Positions 13,401-25,574 of a stretch of DNA of 64,000 nt are shown here, in pieces. This DNA comes from Heteronotia binoei (lineage: Eukaryota), in the NCBI RefSeq assembly GCF_032191835.1, contig NC_083223.1:250666001-250730000 (forward strand), written 5' to 3'. Every line of letters starts with the position of its first letter. The first letter of the stretch is position 1. The notes below the pieces were generated by a model. It ran no database searches. It was not told the origin of the DNA and saw only the letters and a program-made list of their open reading frames with translations. A program made the position numbers and the translations under genes.

Positions 13401-16400
13401 GAACCAGGTTTGATTCCCCACTCCTCCACCTGCTGGAATGGCCTTGGGTTAGCCATAGCTATCGCAGGACTTGTTCTTGAAAGGGCAGCTGCTGTGAGAG
13501 CCCTCTCAGCCCCACCCACCTCACAGGGTGTCTGTTGTGGGGGAAGAAGACATAGGAGACTGTAAGCCACTCTGAGTCTCTAATTCAGGGAGAAGGGCGG
13601 GGGATAAATCTCCAATTCTTTTTCTTCTTCTTACAGATCCCTAAAACACCATTCTTCTTACAGATCCCTAAAAAGCCATGGAGGTCTGCATCTGGATTTA
13701 GACTGCGTTGGGTGTTGAGACCTCAGTCTGCAGCTCCTGCCTAAGACATGAGGGAGGAGAACTGGAGGAGAGGCTTCTTTCTTACTCTTGACTGTTTGTG
13801 TGAACTTCAGGGCCCAGTTTGAAAGGTGGGCTCATTCACAGAGAACATGCATCTAAATATGCATGCATAACAAGCCACATAATATCAGGGATGCTAAACT
13901 ACAGAAGGAGGTTGGGCTGGAAGAGGGGAGTTTGCTCACAAAATGCCACCTGGAGCCAAGAAGAATCAAAGAACAAAACAACATTGGCTTGTATGAGGGG
14001 AAATGTGAGCTAGACATAGCACATTTATGCTGCCACGTTTTTGTTCTGTGGTATGTCCCCCCCAACATTTCCCCTCCCTGCCAACCTCCCTTTCCTCTGT
14101 CAGAGATGCCCACCTGCGAAAGATGTAAATGCATCCATCACGGCAAGCTACAGTCAGACGGTATTCTACATCAAACTGGCCCATGACATCCAGGAAGGCT
14201 GGCACACTTGGCAGTGCCATCTGTCATGGAAAATAAAGAGGGCAGTGGTAATGCTGGGCACCCCAACATAGTGCCTGGGTTGGGTTCATCAGGCTGTCTG
14301 AGGCTTCAAATGTCAGTAAAAGGAATCTCTCCCCCCCCACATCCAGGGCACAAAGAAAGGGTTGTGCTCATCTTCCCCACCAGACACTGTTTCACAGAAA
14401 CTGTGCACGGGCTTCAAGGGCATCTTTGCAGCCATAGGGGGGTAGAAACTGTTTTTCTAGATGCTCGATTAGGTGTCTGATAGTTAATTTGGTGGCTGAA
14501 CAGCACAACCATGAATAATACTATAATGAGTGACTACCATGTTAGTCCTGAACAATAACTGAGATTTCTTTTTCTCACTGGATGAAGCTGGAATTGGCAG
14601 AGAAACAACTAAGTTTATCAGTTTCAAATAACTCTGCTCCATGGCCTCACCCTTGCCAAGACAGTGAAGGCCTCGGGGTCCAAAACCAGGATTTCATTGC
14701 TTTCTGTCCCAATCACCAGGCAGCTGATGGCATCCTCATCAGCCATATTCTTCTTCAGAGTAGACATGCAAGTGATCACTGTCTGAAAGATGGAAAGGAT
14801 GCCCTTTAGCACCAAAATGAGCAAGGCCAAGCGCTGAGAGACTGGTATGAAGTTTTCAGTACCTCTCCCTCTACCAGCTGAATCAGACTTTTTATTATTA
14901 GTACAAAACCAAATTAACGGAGAATGAGTTCAACCAAGCATGTAATGTCTTAAACAGGAAGGTATTTTCGGGCAGCCCTACTGAAGCTAAAAGACTGAAC
15001 CAGCTAATCCCACCTCTACAAGGAACTAGCAGCCCCATGTAAACCGCTTATAAGTCACCCAGGTCCAGCAGGGGCTAATCATATTGCCTCCAGGGGCGTT
15101 GGCTGATTTAATTTTTAAAAATTCTGTTTCACTTCACTGGAGCAATCTGAAGCAGCTTTACAACAAACCAGATAAAATTAGCATGAGAACATCATTCACA
15201 ATAAAAACAAATGAACATACACAACCCAATCGCCACATTCAACTGAGAAAATTGAGCTGGTACCCTAAAATAGTGCCCATCAAATTCCTTTGGGAAAAGA
15301 GCAGTTTTACATACTCTTCAAAATTATTTCCCTGGAAGATTTTTGAAGCCATGATGCAAGCCTTCCTTCCCTGAAACAAACGATATCTGGCAGATGGAAG
15401 GGGCCAGGAGAGATCTGTAGGTTGATCTGAATTGGTGAACGAGTGCATACAGAGGGAGAAATGATCCCTCAACCATATGGATTCCAGTAGGCTTTAGCCC
15501 TTTGTATCAGTTGCTTAGGTAATGTCAGTGAGGCATTTTGGTCATCCTGCAAACACTACAGAAAGCAAGTGCTACTGCACTCCTTTTAGCCCTAAAGATG
15601 GTCTTTTAGCTCCCTCCTTCCAAGAGCATTTCAGAGAAACACCTGAAACTGAAAGCTCTGGGAACTCCCGCTTGACCAGAGAAGTCCCTACCTGGCGCTT
15701 GATTGGTTGCATCTTATACTGGTTCACAAATGAGTCCATCTCAGGGGTATCAAGGGCCAGGAACCTACAGCAGCATAGGGGAAAGGAGTGAGGCAGGGCA
15801 GAGTAGGACCCCTGCTACCAGAGACAGCCACCCTCTCTCTAAAGGGCAAAGGGCCTGAAAGCAAGTCCACTGCCCCTTGATCAAAGCTGTGCCAAAGAAC
15901 TCACCTCAAGGACTGCACGGACAAGGGAATATCACCTTTTTCTCTGCCAGAGAAGACATAAAAAACCAGATAAGTCATGAAAGAAACACAAAGGTGGGCC
16001 TAAAGACTCTCTCTCACTAACTACTGCCATCGTTTACCAGGAGTTAAAGACTTTTCTTTTTCATCTAGCATTCCCTCAGTGACCCCTCCTTCCTGCTCTC
16101 TGTTTTGTTATTTTTACATTTTTGCTTGTATATTTTAACTTGGTTTTCATATTTTAATGATGTATTTCTGCTAGGTTTTAATGTTTTTTTATATGTAGGT
16201 TTTTAATTGGTTAGCCGCCTTGTGACCTTGAAGAGAGAAGAAAGTCAGATTCCAAATTTTGTAAATAAATATCAAACATTTAAAGAAAACTTGGCTCTGA
16301 GAACCCTAGGCTCAAGCCTTTCCTTAAGCCATGGACTTATTGGCAGGCCTCAAACACACCACTTCTCTCTTAGTTCAACATAATTCCCTGGGAACCTTAA

Positions 16401-19400
16401 AGGTCATGCCTCCGAGGAGGCAGACCTGAGGCTTACTTGGTGAACCTGGGCAAGTCACCCTCTCTTTCAGCCTAAACTACACCATGTAGCTCTTTAGCTT
16501 GGAGAAACGTCGCCTGCGGGGTGACATGATAGAGGTTTACAAGATAATGCACGGGATGGAGAAAGTAGAGAAAGAAGTACTTTTCTCCCTTTCTCACAAT
16601 ATACAAGAACTCATGGGCATTCGATGAAATTGCTGAGCAATCAGGTTAAAATGGATAAAAGGAAGTACTTCTTCACCCAAAAGGTGATTAACGTGGAATT
16701 CACTGCCACAGGAGGTGGTGGCGGCTACAAGCATAGCCAGATTCAAGAGGGGATTGGATAAAAATATGGAGCAGAGGTCCATCAGTGGCTATTAGCCACA
16801 CACACACACACATATATATATAAAAAATTTTGGCCACTGTGTGACACAGAGTGTTGGACTGGATGGGCCATTGGCTTGATCCAACATGGCTTCTCTTATG
16901 TTCTTATGAGACTGTTGTGAAAATAAAATGCAGGAGGAGAGACCTATGTCTAGCAGGCAACCTGAGCTCCTTAGAAGAAAGCTGAGATAAAAGTTCAAAA
17001 GATGGATAGAGTTCAGTGCCAGCTTTGAAAAGACTGAAAGGCAGAGTGCATCTCAGCATGTGTGAACCATCTGTCTTCTTCAAAGGAGCAAACAGAGCTA
17101 TTTGTGACGTTGGGGTTAAAGTGAGTTTGAACTCTGGCTGTCTGATTGGGATAGTCATGCAGGATTGTCTAGTAGAATATTAGTCACCCATTAGCTCCTC
17201 CATTTCTCATAGTTTGGAAGGGGGCCGTCCCCATGCTTTTTATCCCATGTCCAAGGTCACACTCTCACACTTGACATTAATAGCAAAGAGTTCAGTAGCA
17301 CCTTTAAGACTAACAAATTTTATTGTAGCATAAGCTTTCAAGAAACACAGCTCTCTACGTCAGATTCATCTGATGAAGAGAGTTGTGTTTCTTGAACGCT
17401 TATGCTGCAATAAAATTTGTTAATCTTAAAGGTGCTACAGAATTCTGCTATTTTTGCAGCAACAGACTAACATGGTTAACTCCTCTGAATACTTGACATT
17501 CGTGCTTGTTCCAGCTTCACAATGTCTTTGAACACTAGTAAGCGTGTCCGTGAAAAGGAAGCAGGGAGAGGGGAGTTAACCCTTTCACCACCTGGCCTGC
17601 AAGTATGAGAAGAGTGCTTGGGAGTAACATGCTGCATACCTAACAAACAAACAGGCTGCGGGAGAAGAATGTCTTCCAAGTCCCAATATGGAAACAGAGA
17701 GCAGTGGCCATTTCGGATTAACTCAGAGGGATAATCCTGTGTGGGTGGCATTAGTCTGGACTTCCAGTCATCACTCCACCTGACTGCTTTCTGAAAGGCA
17801 GGCGAACTGGCCTCTTACACTGCAATCCTAAGTGGAGTTACACCCTTATAAGACCACTGAAGTCCGTGGGTTTAGAAGGATGCAGCTCTTCTTATAATGG
17901 CACTAGGTTAATCACCCTGCAGGGATAATCCTTGCCACTGAGAATGCACAGGCTTCAAAACAAATGCTTACCATTAACCCTTACTTGCCATGGACAGGCT
18001 GAAAATCCAGAGTAATGCCACCCACACAGAACAAGAATACTCAGCTCTGAGTTAATGGCCACTGCTCTCTGTTTCCATATTTGAACTTGGCACACATACT
18101 TCACTCTTAGCCTGTCCCCCCCTTAATTTATCATTAGTAGGCATATTGCAATATACCAATAATAATTTATTTATGAAACATGTCTATCTTGCCTTATCTC
18201 CTCAACATCAAAGCAGCAATTAAAAAAAAAACTGGCTAAAAATATGCTGGTGGGAGGAGGGAGGGAGCAGCAGGCTGGAGAGGAGATGGTGTTGGATATG
18301 CTGCCACAGGCCACAGGTGCAGAAATAGGTACTTTCTCTTCTGCACTTGCCCAACCCCACTTTGGGTATGGATTACCAGGAGGCTTGGAGAAAAAAATGG
18401 CAGTGGAGCTATGGAAAATTGGAAGGTTGGCAGAAGCGTGCCGATATTATGGGGAAGCTAAGAATTAAATCAGCTGCCATGGGGAGGGGGCAGGAAGATG
18501 CAGCAAGACCTTGATGTGTGAGGAATCTGCATCACATATTTATCCACATCTCTCATCTTAGGGTCCTGAAGTTTCTATTCTACAACTCCCGAGCTTCAAA
18601 CTCAGTTAAGGGACACTATGATTCTAAGCTTCTCACCGGATCATCTCTAGCATCTCTTTCACTGTTGGAGGGTCAATCTTGTCCTGTAAGAAGAGAACAA
18701 GAATACTCAGCTGCTTCCTACTGCAGCACCAGCACACACCAAAGAGAACTCTGAAAAACCTAGGGTGTAATGGTTGCCTAGTCCCCCTTGACCACCAGCA
18801 GGGGATGTGGGGTAGTGGGGTGTGGGGTAGTGTTGCCATATCCAGGTTGGGAAACTCCTGAATATTTGGAGGTGGAGCTCATGGGTATCCCCAGGTCCCA
18901 CCTGGAGGCTGGCATCTCTAGCCCAGTGCTCAGGCTCCACTCAGCCTCTATCCCTCTCATTGCTGAAGGTGAAGACCACTGCAAGTAATTCCAAATTGGG
19001 AGCCTAGCCTTGGGACCCAATCATGAGCTGTCTTGCACAAGCAAGTGTTGGGAACATACAATGCTCTTGTGGTGTTCAGGTCAATGTGGACCACTAAGAG
19101 TGCTGCATTATCTGTACTTAGCTTCCTAAAGCATTATTTTATAAGCTGTTCCATGGAGCCCTGAGGTTTCTTGGAAAACTACGGAAGCACCATGATGGGA
19201 AGGTCAGAAATGGCTGACAAGGGTCTTTCAAAGAAAGCCTACTTGCCACTGCCAGTCTTCCCCTGTAGAATGTTAGATGTCTGGTAGGTGTACTCTTAGT
19301 TGATATGGGGTGATGTCTAGACATGAAAGATCTGCACAGGACCCTGCATGTGTGGGCCTGCCCAGAACCTTCAGGAACACACTGATACAGAGTTTTATCC

Positions 19401-22400
19401 CACTGGTGGGGAAAGCATGTATTTTAAAACAAGCACATGGAAACTGAAGTCTCTTTGACTGTTCCAAGGCAAATGCAATTAACCACTAACCCACAAGACT
19501 GTATTGAGATGATTACTTTCTCATTTTCTAACAAGTAATCAGCCCTCTCACTAAAAATATGTCAGAAGTTTATTTATACCAGGTGTCAACAGGAAACTTT
19601 TTATCCCAGGTAAAGTTCATTCAATGTCAGCTTTTAAAGATTTTTATTTAAAAGCAGTCTAACCACCCCTGAAATAAAGAAGGATCACAATGATATAAAT
19701 AACACTAGCCTAAAACACCTTTAAAGCTCTACATGGCTTGGGACTGGGATAGTTGAAGGATCATCTTCTCCCATATGCTTCTGCCTGGGAATTAAGATCA
19801 CAGGGAGGGGCCTCTTGACTGTCCCATAGATAAAGATTGTCTGGTGGGTACATGAGAGGGGGCCTTTTCAGGGGCAGTCCCACAGTTATGGAGCAACTTC
19901 CTCTGGGAGGTGCACCTGGCCCCCTCTTGGTCTTTAGGAGGTGGCTGAAGACAGTTTTCTTCATGATGGAATATAATTAGCTCTTCTGCCTACCGGTGAT
20001 TTTAAATTATTGATTTTAACTCATGGTTTTGATGTATTTTATTATTACTGACAGTGTAAGCTGCACTGAGTTCCTATGAGGTAGAAAGATGGCTAATAAA
20101 TGTTTTTAATTAATCATCAAGTAATCAAAACATTTATTAGCCACCTTTCTTCTTTATGGAGTTCAAGGTGGCCAACAAACATAGATAAAGCACGCAGAAT
20201 AAAATACATTAAAAACGTAAATAAATATGTCAATGAAATATTGTGGGAAGATTATCCTGAAGTCAGAAAGTTTGAAAACTGTGGTTCTAAAGGAACAATG
20301 GGCAGAAATATAATGAACAATCAGTTCTGATGGCGAGCAAGTCTTAAATAGTAGCATGTAATAGAACTCACTGAAGGATCCTCAAAAAACTCACACATTC
20401 ATTCATTCTTTCTTGCTCTTGATTTTGTTTATTGCTTTAGCTACACTGTATCACTATAATGCAGTTAATAACACATAAAATAAAAATCCACACTTTGGAG
20501 TCCAGCCCTGAGTTTTGCAGCTCCAAAGGGGAACTCAGTGATCATAGAAGCACAACCCAAGGTTACTGAGCTCCAGAAGCTAAATGAGCATAGAAGGCTC
20601 AGAATTATGACAAGATGTAAGGACTGGCCTGGAGAGTAATGGGGTGGAGCCAGAATGCAGATAAAATGCAGCTTTGAGAAAGCGGGAGAAGGAACTCTTC
20701 CCATTCCTACACGTCTGATTTAGCAGCTTCCACAATGCTGCAGGGATTGGGGACTACAAACGAGCAAAACTAGAGAGAGAAATTTGAGAATCTTACTGTT
20801 ACCATAGCCCCAGGAGACAGTGAGGACTTCTTGCAGCCCTGGGTGGTCCAGAGAAGAGCGAGCTCCCTACTCCCCAGGCCAAATATCACACAACGCATGA
20901 CATTTGGAAGCCTCACTAGAAGGAGGAAGGACCTCGGAAGCACAAGCCAAGCATCCCACACTTACACAATTTTAACCTGGCTACTCATTACACTTGGGCC
21001 AGCCCACCCCTAGCCCTCCAAAGAATACTTAAACTGGCACTCTGCGTCCCAGCTTTGTACATCTCTTGAGGCACCTAGAAGAGTGTACTCTCAGACTCTG
21101 TCTGAGCCTCTGACATGAACCACTGGTCAGTCATGTCTCTCTCCCCTCCTTCCTCCACGTGGGTTCCAGACTTCAGGATCAGGTGAATATCACCCTATTA
21201 CAAACCAACCCTCTTCTTGTCACTATTGATTACCCCTCTGTTTCTTAGTTGTGTGTGTATCTGTGTTTATTATTTTGTATGAATGCTTAGTGTGAATTTA
21301 TACATAATAAAATTTCATTTATTCAAGAAAAAGATGATATTGGATTTATATCCCACCCTCCACTCCGTATCTCAGAATCCCAGAGCGGCTCACAATCTCC
21401 TTTATCTTCCTCCCCCACAATAGACACCCTGTGAGGTGGGTGGGGCTAAGAGGACTCTCACAGCAGCTGCTTTTTCAAGGACAACCTCTGCGAGAGCTAT
21501 GGCTGACCCAAGGCCATTCCAGCAGGTGCAAGTGGAGGAGTGGGGAATCAAACCTGGTTCTCCCAGAAACAGTCCGCACAATTAACCACTACACCAAACT
21601 GGCTCTTTCTTTAAGGCCTCTTTCTTCCATTGGTTCCCCTTGCAATCTGACCCTTGAATACATAGAGTATAAAGAACCCTTATGCACTTGAACTGCCCTG
21701 TGTGTCAATAACCAGACCCAGGCAATTTGGGTAACAGAATCTGTGCTGAAAGATCCCACTCCAAAGAACTACCTGCTGGGTGACCTCCATGTCACAGCCC
21801 ACCTGCTCTCTTCTTACCTCCTTAGCCTGCTCCCAGACATCCTTCTCCAAGGGGTTGATTTCCAGGGGAGGCAGTGTAAATTTGAAATAGGGACGGAGAT
21901 TCTTGTACACGTAGACAAACGGCCCAGAGGCCACGGCCACAGCAGGCATGTATGGCTCACGCAGTTCCATCAGGAAGGCAGCTACACTAGCAGGCAAGTC
22001 CGGCAGGGCATTCTCACTCAGCAGATCTGTGCCTCGGTACACCTTCAACTTCATGTCATGCCAGGAAGAGCCTAGGTCACCTACCACAAGCTGATGGAGT
22101 GGAGAGGGGGAGGAAAGAGGCAAGGATCTGTCTGAATTATCACAAAGAGTGAACACTCAAGATCTCTTAATGCCATGAGTCTGTAAATTACACTTTACGT
22201 CAGAGATGAATTTCTTTAACTTCATAAATCATCTACCCCCAAGTCAAATTAGAGATGTGAAAAGGAGAGTTAATAAAATCACTCACATGCTGCCTTTTCC
22301 TCACTGGGGCCAATAGCAACAGCAGGAGTGAGAGATTTCTATTCAGAAGATGGTTCAGGTAAGGGGGCTACTCTCCTCATACCACATCCTTAATTCAAAC

Positions 22401-25400
22401 TGGGCCCTCTAGGGCTACTTTTAATGGGTAAAATAGACCAAGGGATCTGATCATAGCTCTCCCACATAAAGCTTTGTTCAGCCTCAACATAAAGTATGTA
22501 GTTAACCCAGAAACAAAAAGGACTAGAAACATGCACACAAAATCTACACGGAAAAACTACATGCATGGGTTAATACGTGCACAGTATGAACAGGCCTAGC
22601 CATTAAGACCAATCAGTGAAGTGAAGCTGGAATAGAGAAGTACCAGATGGGCTACAGGTTTGGGGATACAATGGCAAGGAAAACATATTGGTAACCATGC
22701 TGAGAAGGGTTGTTGGTTCAGTCAGCTGTCTTACCTTATAATCTCCATCACCATGCAAGTCAGCTAGATCTGAAACAGAAGGCCCTGTTTCAGCCCATTC
22801 AACAAGAGACCCAGAAAGGCAACTCTTAACATTTCTGTAAACTGATTAATTTAATGCATTGTCTAGCAAGCCGGCTCTGGATCTCCCAAAACCTGATGCT
22901 GTCATTTAGGAATTTGAAATAATATTCTGAGCTCAAATTAGAGAACATATTTGTTTTTGAGGGGAGAACACTTTTGTGGTTCCCAACTCCAGGGTAATCC
23001 TTCTAGGGAATATAATTCTGTGCTAAAAATATTAACTTTTGCCATCCCTTGACCAACAAAGATTCTGGGAGGCATTCTAAAGAACATGGCATCACAACCA
23101 GGAAAGCAGCTACACCCCAGCTGGAAGGCAGACAAAACAGCAGATCTTCTCTTGTGACGCCCTCGGATGGGATTAGAGACCTTGGGCAAAGGTATTTCAC
23201 TGGCTGCCGTCATCCTGCTGCTTTGAACCACCCACCTTGTCAGGATTAAGCACATGAACGCGTTACCAGCGGCAGGTCTAAACCCTGAGACATGTGCAGT
23301 GACAATAAAAGGAAGGCGCCTCTGAACATTTGCAGCGAGGTTTTCCCTTACCTCAGCCACATTTCCTCATGCACATCTGAGCTTGAAGGAAGTGTTAATA
23401 ACTGCCTGATCTTTGCAGCCCCAGTTATAATAAAAGCCAGGATCTGGATTTCCCACCTTTCAAACACAGGCAAACATTATGGAGGAGCAAACTGGAGTTT
23501 GCCATAAATCAGACATTGTTAGAAATTGCATGAATGAGCACAGTGTTCTACAGCATAAACAAAATAGGTTAGTTCCTACCCCAAAGGAGTTTATAGAGGC
23601 TGGGGAAGTTGTAAGTAGCAACCACGTAGTCATCAGCTGTTAATTTTATCTGTCTATTCATATTTGCACCTTGCTTTTCTTCCAGGAGTATCAGGACAAT
23701 ATAAATCAGTACTGTGTATCCTTTGAACAACACCATGAGGATAAACTGAGTGTGTGCAAAGGCTCAAATTCACCAGCGGATCTTTGTAGAAGATGAAGGA
23801 ATCAAGCCCAGGTTTCCTCATCCCAGTCTCTTAGCCACATCAGGAAATGCCACCAAATTTGCAATGCTTATACTAGTTTGATGGAAAGCAAAGCACATCT
23901 TTGCCTGTTGCTAACTTGGTTACGAGGCCAGAGAAAACTGACATATTTTTGAAATTCCACTGACACCTGGGCTGAAATACCACAAGTTTTGACTTCCCCT
24001 CTTCCCCCTCAAAACACTAGAAGAGACTGAATAGAGGTTCAGACTTACCAACACAGGAGGAAAATGTGTACAGGTTGGCCACCGGATCGTAGTGGGCATC
24101 CAGCCATTTGGAATTGGCTTGAGTACTGGCAGACGTGGTAATGAAAAAGATTGAAGAAGAAAGTACACAGAAGAATGTCTTTGAGAACATGCAAGACCCT
24201 TCAGCCCAGACGCAAATCCCCCATCACAACCAAACAGCCCTTCTCAGTTTTTCTAGAATAGTAAACGCAATGCCCCAACTCCCAAGCTCTGACCACTGCA
24301 ATCCCACCTAGCTCTCCAAGAACCCAGGCATCCTGACTCCAAGTGACCACACACACCATCATACACATTCATCCTATTCTCTTTTTGAACACAAGAGTTC
24401 CAATGCTAAGTGGCAGTTTTACGAGTGAACCCAGGACTCTTGGGTTCTATTGCCTGCTGTCCCAGAGCTGTTGTACTTGGGGAAGATAAAAAATGAGAAG
24501 AGGAGATGCACGTTTCACAGGAATGTAAGATGCCTACTGTGTACTTGGAGCAGAATTATGATTGCAATTAATTATTTATGAAACACCTAAAAGTGCTAGG
24601 CGCTGTACAAAAATGTAAAAATATTTGTTCCCTGACTACAGGCTTACAATGTAAAACTGAAGAACAAGACACTACGGAGGAAAGACAGAACAATGGTACA
24701 CAAATCTTTCTTCAATGCTTTACATCTTCCCTACAGAGAATTCCGGCATAAATATGCCAAACTGGCACATAATAAAGTATGAACTGACTCCTTGGATGTA
24801 GAAGAGTCAGGAGCATTGCTACCATGAAGATGGATAACGTTATTAATCTGAAACAGCAAAGTAAAGCAGGAGTTTCAAAGACTTCAGACCCCTTCTTCAT
24901 TTTGCCCATGCTAATACTATGGTGGAGTGGCCACTTTACCGGCACTGCGTCATTCATTACCGTACTTCCCTTCAAGCAAAAATAGAAGTAGGATTGCCAA
25001 ATACCTGGAGGAAAAAAAAAATGCAGTCTAACCCTTTATTATAAGGGTAACAGCAGAATGTTATTTAGCAAGTGATATTATTGACCTTCATGCCATATAA
25101 AGCTGCTGCTACCAATTTTTACCCACTAAATCTCGATTAAAGGGCAAACATTTTTATTCCGGTCTGTTGGCAACTGTAAATGGAATGGAAATACCTCTTG
25201 GAACTATCCAATCTACCGATGGCGAAAAGGCAACTTCTGTCCGTCACAATAAAGAAATTAAAAGTGTAAGCCTTGCGGAAGTAGGAGTGAGGGTAAGGCG
25301 AGTAGCAACGAAAAGATCAACATGTTGGGATGAATCCCCAAAGACACCTCCATTCCCCTTTACGGACCCAGGAGCCCTAGCTCCAAGCCTCCTCCTTCTA

Positions 25401-25574
25401 AGTTACAAACCCTCTCCTCTTAGAAATCCAACATCAAGTTCGGGAAAACAGGACTTCCCCAGACTTCCGGGGGGGGGCATTTATTTCCTCAAAGTCTTAT
25501 TCCCCTGGACATAATAGCCATCCATTCATTCTTTACCTTTCGCTGGTACCGCTAGAAGAAGCGGCGGTCGCCAT
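4470..25574 (-). CDS. BBS1: Bardet-Biedl syndrome 1 protein (BBSome subunit), 17 coding exons, 590 aa
   Basis: Exons 5'->3': 25537-25574, 24049-24125, 22735-22769, 21818-22090, 18637-18683, 15905-15943, 15692-15764, 14651-14782, 14114-14220, 11304-11424, 9485-9643, 8675-8744, 7798-7956, 6454-6587, 5202-5336, 4804-4890, 4470-4556. Total 1773 nt, one open frame, all introns GT-AG. Peptides include [33 protein letters not shown] (M387, equivalent to human M390) and [14 protein letters not shown]; it ends [10 protein letters not shown]. Confidence 0.98.
6712..6885. mobile_element. Hairpin hAT MITE (CAGGGCTTTT family, long form)
   Basis: Long self-complementary arms; flanks CACACAAC/CCCACAAC form an 8-bp TSD with one mismatch. 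Confidence 0.85.
9738..10620 (-). mobile_element. CR1 LINE, 5'-truncated, degenerate ORF2 C-terminus
   Basis: Peptides [11 protein letters not shown]...[29 protein letters not shown] and [28 protein letters not shown]...FLTVRAV are CR1 ORF2. Confidence 0.9.
11617..11820 (+). mobile_element. Older Squam2/MIR-like SINE (similar about 6895-7030 -, 37690-37870 +, 54770-54920 +, 56690-56940 -)
   Basis: tRNA-like head and CCTACCTCAC...GTTGTTGT...GATAAAATGGAG core. Confidence 0.6.
13353..13618 (+). mobile_element. tRNA-derived SINE with L2-type tail (Squam2-like; further copies 21333-21606 -, 26570-26800 -, 54086-54372 +, 59670-59880 -, 61420-61620 +)
   Basis: Head GAGAGCCAGTTTGGTGTAGTGGTT...GGTTTGATTCCCCAC with A/B boxes; tail GGCGGGGTATAAAT(TTC)n. 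Copies are highly similar by eye. Confidence 0.8.
16490..16908 (+). mobile_element. CR1 LINE 3' end (same family at 51262-51490 -, 27660-27735 +, about 37920-38100 -)
   Basis: End of ORF2 plus a 3' UTR ending TTATGTTCTTATG, the CR1 octamer-type tail. Confidence 0.88.
17281..17490. mobile_element. Palindromic Penelope-type element with decayed hammerheads on both strands (also 7490-7660 and 47384-48560 interrupted; remnants about 28290-28340 and 61830-61910)
   Basis: Arms GTAGCACCTTTAAGACTAACAAATTTTATTGTAGCATAAGC... are mirrored across the centre; CTGATGA..GAAC GCTTA on +, CTGACGT..GAAA GCTTA on -. Confidence 0.7.
17651..18115. repeat. Long imperfect inverted repeat (about 120-bp arms) enclosing a small palindromic MITE
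   Basis: Arms 17651-17770 and 17996-18115 share ATATGGAAACAGAGAGCAGTGGCCATT and TGTGTGGGTGGCATTA in reverse complement. Confidence 0.75.
21333..21606 (-). mobile_element. Squam2-like SINE, inverted relative to 13353-13618
   Basis: Its reverse complement aligns along the full length with 13353-13618. Confidence 0.8.
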
